NCBI GenBank assembly: GCA_030535975.1
Contig: JAUNQW010000004.1
Location: 34,590-58,589, forward strand
Source: Atopococcus tabaci
Lineage (GTDB): Bacteria > Bacillota > Bacilli > Lactobacillales > Carnobacteriaceae_A
DNA length: 24,000 nt
Reading direction: 5' to 3'
Position 1 is the first letter of the stretch. Each line of letters opens with the position of its first letter. Position numbers and translations under genes: made by a program. Of the stretch, positions 18,320 to 22,575 are shown piece by piece. The notes below the pieces were generated by a model. The model was not told the origin of the DNA and did not search any database. It saw only the letters and a program-made list of their open reading frames with translations.

Positions 18320-18348
18320 ATTATATGAATAATAAAACAAAAAAGCAA
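18320..18348 (-). promoter_or_regulatory. Sigma-A-type promoter of the livJ-1 leader
   Basis: Minus strand TTGCTT (18343-18348) - 17 nt - TATAAT (18320-18325). Confidence 0.65.
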
Positions 18349-18417
18349 TGCCTTTTCCTTCTTATAGAAAAGATTTAAATAGTAATGGCTGTCCATCGCT
18401 TTTATAAATATCAAAAA

Positions 18418-18485
18418 CCGTGTCATTTATTCTACTGTTCTAAATTGTACGTATAATCTAGATATATATTGAATAGTTGACACGG
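18418..18485 (-). repeat. Long inverted repeat / weak terminator after livJ-2
   Basis: CCGTGTCA (18418-18425) and TGACACGG (18478-18485) enclose 52 nt with a second imperfect arm pair (ACTATTC/GAACAGT). A U5 run follows on the minus strand. Confidence 0.4.
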
Positions 18486-18498
18486 ATTTTATTCTCCA

Positions 18499-19668
18499 CT
18501 AATTTGCAGGATCAACTTCATGAATATCTGATGGTGATCCTTCTTGAATTTCAATAATAGATACTGATTTTACAGGGTTATGGTTTTCATCAAATGAGAA
18601 TGTTCCTGTAACACCTTCAAAGTTTTCAGTCTTTGCAATTTCTTCATTAATAGCAACTGGATCCGTAGAACCCGCACGTTCAACTGCTTCTTTAACAATT
18701 TGAACAGAGTCATAAGCCAGGCCGGTAAACATATCTGGTTCAACATCGAATTGCTCACGGTATGAAGAAACAAATTCTTGAGTTGTTGGATCTTCACTTT
18801 CAACAGCAAAGTGTGAGGTATAGAAAACATTCGTCATATTAGCTTCTCCAGCTAAATCATAGATGATTTCATTCCCAAATCCATCCGGGCCTAAGATAGG
18901 TTGTGTAATTCCCATTTCACGAGCCTGTTTGATGATCGGGCCTGCCTGCTCATAATATCCCGGAACATATAGAACATCGAATTCCATATCTTCAATATTA
19001 GTTAATGAAGCAGAAAAGTCTGTCTGGTCAGCTGTAAAGTTTTGTACCGACACAATTTCACCTTGGAAGGTATCTTCGAATGTTTGAGTTAAACCTTGAG
19101 CATAATCACTGGAGTTATCTGCAAAGATAACTGCGTTTTCAGCTTGTAAATTTTCATTAGCAAACTGAGCTAATGCTTGTCCTTGATAAGAGTTGGTGAA
19201 ACATGCTCTGTATGCAAAGTCATACACACTGCCGTCTTCTCTTTCTAAAACACTGTCATCTGTTGCTGTTGGTGAAATGATAGGCACTTGGTTTTGATCT
19301 GCAATAGGAATAGCAGCTTGGAAAGTACCTGTTAATGCAGGCCCTACAATAGCTGATACCTCGTCACCCGTGGTTAAGGTTGTCGTTGATTGAGCAGACT
19401 GCGTTTCATCGGATTGAATATCATATTCAAAAATTTCAAGTTCTTTACCATCAATTCCGCCTTCGTCATTGATTTCTTCAACTGCCATCTTAACGGCATT
19501 GTTCATAGAAGTACCATACCCGGCAGCAGAACCTGTCAGCTCAAACATGGATCCTATTTTAACCGTGTCATCGGAATCGGTCTCTGCTTCTTGACCCCCA
19601 TTAGAACATGCTGCCAGCAACAAACTTGCGGCTACCAGGCCACCTGCAATATATTTTTTTATCTTCAT
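18499..19668 (-). CDS. livJ: BCAA ABC transporter substrate-binding lipoprotein (LivJ paralog 2, orphan)
   Basis: 389 aa. Lipobox LLLAAC. Clearly paralogous to 16877-18052, with an identical block AGPIIKQAREMGITQPILGPDGFGN. No permease or ATPase genes of its own. Confidence 0.88.
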   Translation of the reverse strand: MKIKKYIAGGLVAASLLLAACSNGGQEAETDSDDTVKIGSMFELTGSAAGYGTSMNNAVKMAVEEINDEGGIDGKELEIFEYDIQSDETQSAQSTTTLTTGDEVSAIVGPALTGTFQAAIPIADQNQVPIISPTATDDSVLEREDGSVYDFAYRACFTNSYQGQALAQFANENLQAENAVIFADNSSDYAQGLTQTFEDTFQGEIVSVQNFTADQTDFSASLTNIEDMEFDVLYVPGYYEQAGPIIKQAREMGITQPILGPDGFGNEIIYDLAGEANMTNVFYTSHFAVESEDPTTQEFVSSYREQFDVEPDMFTGLAYDSVQIVKEAVERAGSTDPVAINEEIAKTENFEGVTGTFSFDENHNPVKSVSIIEIQEGSPSDIHEVDPAN

Positions 19669-19696
19669 TTCTTTTCCCCCTTTTTTATCCTAAAGA

Positions 19697-19730
19697 AAAA
19701 TAAAAAGCGAGCCTTTAACCGGCTCGCTTT
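19697..19730 (-). terminator. Intrinsic terminator (attenuator) inside the livJ-2 leader
   Basis: Minus strand AAAGCGAGCC-gguuaaa-GGCUCGCUUU followed by UUAUUUUU, about 30 nt upstream of the livJ-2 ATG. Confidence 0.8.
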
Positions 19731-19797
19731 AATTAGTTAGAAGAGCCTCTTTTCCAATACGAAATGAGACCTCCACCAACATTCTGGTAAGGACTCT

Positions 19798-19869
19798 CTA
19801 CATAACTAATAATAAGAAATCTTCTTTTTGAACAGCAGATGACACGGTTAATTTTATTGTATTGTTCAT
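19798..19869 (-). CDS. Candidate leader peptide, 23 aa: MNNTIKLTVSSAVQKEDFLLLVM
   Basis: AAGGAG lies 8 nt upstream of the ATG at 19869, and the stop TAG is at 19798-19800. The last codons are UUA-UUA-UUA-GUU-AUG. The G of the stop codon is the first base of the first attenuator hairpin. Confidence 0.45.
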   Translation of the reverse strand: MNNTIKLTVSSAVQKEDFLLLVM

Positions 19870-19907
19870 ATCATCCACTCCTTTTCCATTTTCTCTAGAT
19901 GAAACTT

Positions 19908-19935
19908 ATTATATAAGCTTTTAGTTTTTTTGCAA
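19908..19935 (-). promoter_or_regulatory. Sigma-A-type promoter of the livJ-2 leader
   Basis: Minus strand TTGCAA (19930-19935) - 16 nt - TATAAT (19908-19913). It starts 1 nt after the stop of the upstream ABC ATPase gene. Confidence 0.65.
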
Positions 19936-19936
19936 G

Positions 19937-20611
19937 CTAAATAAATTCTGCAGAACTCAAAACGCGTGTGCTGTACTCCTCAGCGAAGTTGATATCATGT
20001 GTAACTACGATAATTCCTGTACCTTCTGCAGCAATGCTTTGAATCATCTCTCCCACAATACTTGCCGAGTCTTTATCTAAAGCAGACGTCGGCTCATCAA
20101 AGCATAATACTTTCGGATCCAGCATCATGCTTCGAGCGATAGCAACTCTCTGGGCCTGCCCTCCGGACAAGGTCTTTGGCATAGCATTAATTTTCTCACC
20201 TAAACCCATCTGCTCCAATAAAGCAACAGCTTTTTCACGAATCGCTTGTTTAGAAAGAATTTTTTGTGCTAAAGGTGCTTCCATCAGATTTTCTAAAGCG
20301 GACATATTAGGAAAGAGTTGATAATCCTGGAAAACCATACCAATCTCATTGTCGTAAGCCCAGCGTTCACTTCCACTTGTATAAGTGACCTGTCCATTTT
20401 CGTCTGTATCCACTAATTTAGCATCATTGATCATTACACAGCCCTGGTCAATTGGAATTAAAGAATTTAAGATTCGAATAAAAGTTGTTTTACCTGTCCC
20501 TGACTCACCAACAAGTGCAACAATTTCTCCTTCTTCCATTTTAAAACTAAAATTATCTAAAATGACTGCATCATCAAATTTTTTAGATAGATTCTTTACT
20601 ACTAAAGTCAT
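19937..20611 (-). CDS. Polar amino acid ABC transporter ATP-binding protein
   Basis: 224 aa. Walker A GESGTGKTT, signature LSGGQAQRVAIAR, Walker B LCFDEPTSALD. SD AGGAGG. Confidence 0.9.
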   Translation of the reverse strand: MTLVVKNLSKKFDDAVILDNFSFKMEEGEIVALVGESGTGKTTFIRILNSLIPIDQGCVMINDAKLVDTDENGQVTYTSGSERWAYDNEIGMVFQDYQLFPNMSALENLMEAPLAQKILSKQAIREKAVALLEQMGLGEKINAMPKTLSGGQAQRVAIARSMMLDPKVLCFDEPTSALDKDSASIVGEMIQSIAAEGTGIIVVTHDINFAEEYSTRVLSSAEFI

Positions 20612-20620
20612 GACGGCCTC

Positions 20621-21256
20621 CTAATATTCCACTCTCTGTTCAACTTTATTCAATGCAAAAGTTACGACTCCGGTCACCAGTAAATAAAGGACTCCTACCG
20701 CTAAGAATGGCACCAGCGTAGCGTAAGTATTTACTGCAATCTGACCTGCACGCAGCAGCTCCCCGATCCCTATAACATACACAAGTGAAGTGTCCTTAAC
20801 CAAGGAAATAACTTCATTTCCCACCGAGGGCATAACAACCCGGAAGACCTGGGGCAGAATAATTCTTCTGAACCCTCTAACTTTACCGATTTGCAAAACA
20901 TGGATGGCTTCAAACTGACCAGCTGGAATGGAATTAATACCTCCTCGGAAAATTTCAGCAAAATAAGCTGCATAATTTAGAATGTAAGCGAGCAGGGCTG
21001 CTGAAAAACGAGCCATGGAGATTCCCACAAAAGGGAGTCCAAAGAAAACAAACATAAGTTGAAGCATTAAGGGCGTTCCACGCATCACATATATATATAT
21101 TCCAATCAACCCTTGCAGCCATTTAGGTCCAAAGACACGCAGTACACCTAAAATCAAACCTAAAGGCAGACTCGCTAGGAGAACAATAGTAAATAAAGAT
21201 AGAGTTGTTTGTAGACCATTCATTAAAGATGGCCATATTTGTATGATTAAGTCCAT
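20621..21256 (-). CDS. Polar amino acid ABC transporter permease (HisM/GlnP family)
   Basis: 211 aa, 5 TM segments, with an EAA-like loop (ALLAYILNYAAYFAEIFRGGINSIPAGQFEA). Confidence 0.9.
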   Translation of the reverse strand: MDLIIQIWPSLMNGLQTTLSLFTIVLLASLPLGLILGVLRVFGPKWLQGLIGIYIYVMRGTPLMLQLMFVFFGLPFVGISMARFSAALLAYILNYAAYFAEIFRGGINSIPAGQFEAIHVLQIGKVRGFRRIILPQVFRVVMPSVGNEVISLVKDTSLVYVIGIGELLRAGQIAVNTYATLVPFLAVGVLYLLVTGVVTFALNKVEQRVEY

Positions 21257-21284
21257 GTTTTTTATTCCTCAATTCTGATGAGCT

Positions 21285-22088
21285 TTATTCTTCAGAGAAC
21301 CACTTACTATAAATTTCATCATAAGTGCCATCTTCGATAATTTCTTGTAAAGAAGCGTCAAACTCTTCTTTGAAAGCTGTGTCTTCCTGGCGCATACCTA
21401 CAGCATAGACTTCTTCGCCAAAATTATCCTCCAAGACACGGTAAGCAAAGTCATCATTCAAGCTCATGTAATAACGCCCCATCACTTCATCCACAACAAT
21501 GGCTTCAGCACGGCCGCTGATCAAATCATTGAAAACATCGTTATTTGACGGGTACTGCACAACTTCTCCATCGGCGAATAAAGCTGGATAATCTCCCTCA
21601 TCATCATTGATTGCATCTACTGCACTTGATGATTGTTGAGCGGCAACAACTTTACCTTCTAAATCCTCTTTCGTCTGGATATCACTATCTTCAGCTGTTA
21701 CGATCATTTGACTATTTTCCATATAAGCTTCTGAAAACAGTACTTTTTCTTCACGCTCAGGTGTTACTGTGTATCCATTCCAAATTAAATCGATATTACC
21801 AGCATCTAACTCAGTTTCTTTTAGAGACCAGTCGATGGCTTGAAAATCCATTTCAATGCCTAATCTTTGACCCACTTCCTTAGCCAGATCAATATCAAAT
21901 CCAACCAGTTCACCATTATCATCTCTAAAACCCATCGGCGGGAAAGTATCATCCAATCCAACAATTATACTTTCATATGAAGCTGAGGAATCACCAGCTC
22001 CTTCCTCACTCGTTTCACCATTACCACAAGCAGCTAAAACTAAACTTACCGACAAAATCGACATGAAACTTACTAACCATTTTTTCAT
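21285..22088 (-). CDS. Polar amino acid ABC transporter substrate-binding lipoprotein (SBP family 3)
   Basis: 267 aa. Lipobox VLAAC. GLDDTFPPMGFRDDNGELVGFDIDLAKEV and DLIWNGYTVTPEREEKV are typical of the family. Confidence 0.88.
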   Translation of the reverse strand: MKKWLVSFMSILSVSLVLAACGNGETSEEGAGDSSASYESIIVGLDDTFPPMGFRDDNGELVGFDIDLAKEVGQRLGIEMDFQAIDWSLKETELDAGNIDLIWNGYTVTPEREEKVLFSEAYMENSQMIVTAEDSDIQTKEDLEGKVVAAQQSSSAVDAINDDEGDYPALFADGEVVQYPSNNDVFNDLISGRAEAIVVDEVMGRYYMSLNDDFAYRVLEDNFGEEVYAVGMRQEDTAFKEEFDASLQEIIEDGTYDEIYSKWFSEE

Positions 22089-22425
22089 TTATATTCCCCC
22101 TTATTAAATTTATCATTTGATTTACAAAAAAATAAAATCGTCCTTTAATGAGCTGGCCTTTTTCAGCTCATTAAAGGACGACTCTGCTAAGGAGCGTGTT
22201 CCCACCTTTTTTTACAGCTTTTTTACAAAAGCTGCCTCTGTGCGTCTTTTCAGACGCTAACCTGCTAACGGAAGGCTCCGGAAATGTTTACTTTTCAAAT
22301 GATTCAACATTCTGCTCCAAAGATGTGTTTCAAAGTCTGATTGTCATCATTTTCACCGGGCATGATGTCTCTAAAAGCAACACGACTTCTACTCTTTCTT
22401 TTCACTGCATTATAAAGATATTACA
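22089..22425 (-). promoter_or_regulatory. T-box leader (predicted His specifier CAC) controlling the polar amino acid ABC operon
   Basis: On the minus strand: GA/AGUA elements (GUGAAAAGAAAGAGUAGAAG), AG bulge UUAGAGA, and stem CAUCAU/AUGAUG capped by the distal loop GCCCGGUGAAA. The specifier loop is UUGAAA-CAC-A (CAC at 22325-22327). The antiterminator is AAAGG-[UGGGAAC]-ACGCUC...GAGuCGU-CCUUU (T-box core 22194-22210). The terminator has a perfect 18-bp stem (22138-22155 / 22164-22181) followed by a U run. Confidence 0.85.
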
Positions 22426-22431
22426 TCGATA

Positions 22432-22459
22432 ATTATAGCAAATTCGAGTATATTGTAAA
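22432..22459 (-). promoter_or_regulatory. Putative promoter of the His T-box leader
   Basis: Minus strand TTTACA (22454-22459) - 16 nt - TATAAT (22432-22437). Confidence 0.5.
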
Positions 22460-22528
22460 GCTTTAATTAAAGCTGTTCCGCCCTAATAAAAATTAAAGTA
22501 ATATTTGCTAGTTTTTTAAGATATTCTT

Positions 22529-22537
22529 TGCTACAAT
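22529..22537 (+). promoter_or_regulatory. Putative extended -10 promoter of pckA
   Basis: TGcTACAAT on the plus strand. There is no good -35 at 17 nt spacing. Confidence 0.45.
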
Positions 22538-22546
22538 ACGATTGTT

Positions 22547-22561
22547 ATGAAAGCGCTTTCT
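22547..22561 (+). promoter_or_regulatory. Catabolite-responsive element (cre, CcpA site) in the pckA 5' UTR
   Basis: ATGAAAGCGCTTTCT matches the consensus WTGNAANCGNWNNCW at every constrained position. The core GAAAGCGCTTTC is a perfect 12-bp palindrome lying between the -10 and the SD. Confidence 0.65.
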
Positions 22562-22575
22562 AAGGAGGAATAATT

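Noticed and set aside
18301-18420. CodY box (AATTTTCWGAAAATT) upstream of the liv promoters
   Set aside because: No site with a convincing match was seen by eye near either liv promoter. A position weight matrix scan would be needed to exclude weak sites.
19390-19740. 116-aa plus-strand ORF overlapping the livJ-2 5' end and leader
   Set aside because: It is an antisense shadow of a well-supported CDS and runs through the attenuator terminator. It has no SD and no recognisable motifs.
19776-19785. Shared decamer AGAA(A)UGUUGG in both liv leaders (also 18134-18144) as a common protein- or ligand-binding motif
   Set aside because: The two copies are not structurally equivalent. In the livJ-1 leader the motif is a strand of hairpin H and of the 13-bp antiterminator. 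In the livJ-2 leader it is the loop and first stem bases of hairpin A:A', with no complementary partner downstream. I cannot distinguish shared ancestry from function without more sequences.
22196-22432. 78-aa plus-strand ORF in the SBP/pckA intergenic region
   Set aside because: It lies entirely antisense to the His T-box leader, which accounts for the sequence conservation-like structure. It has no SD.
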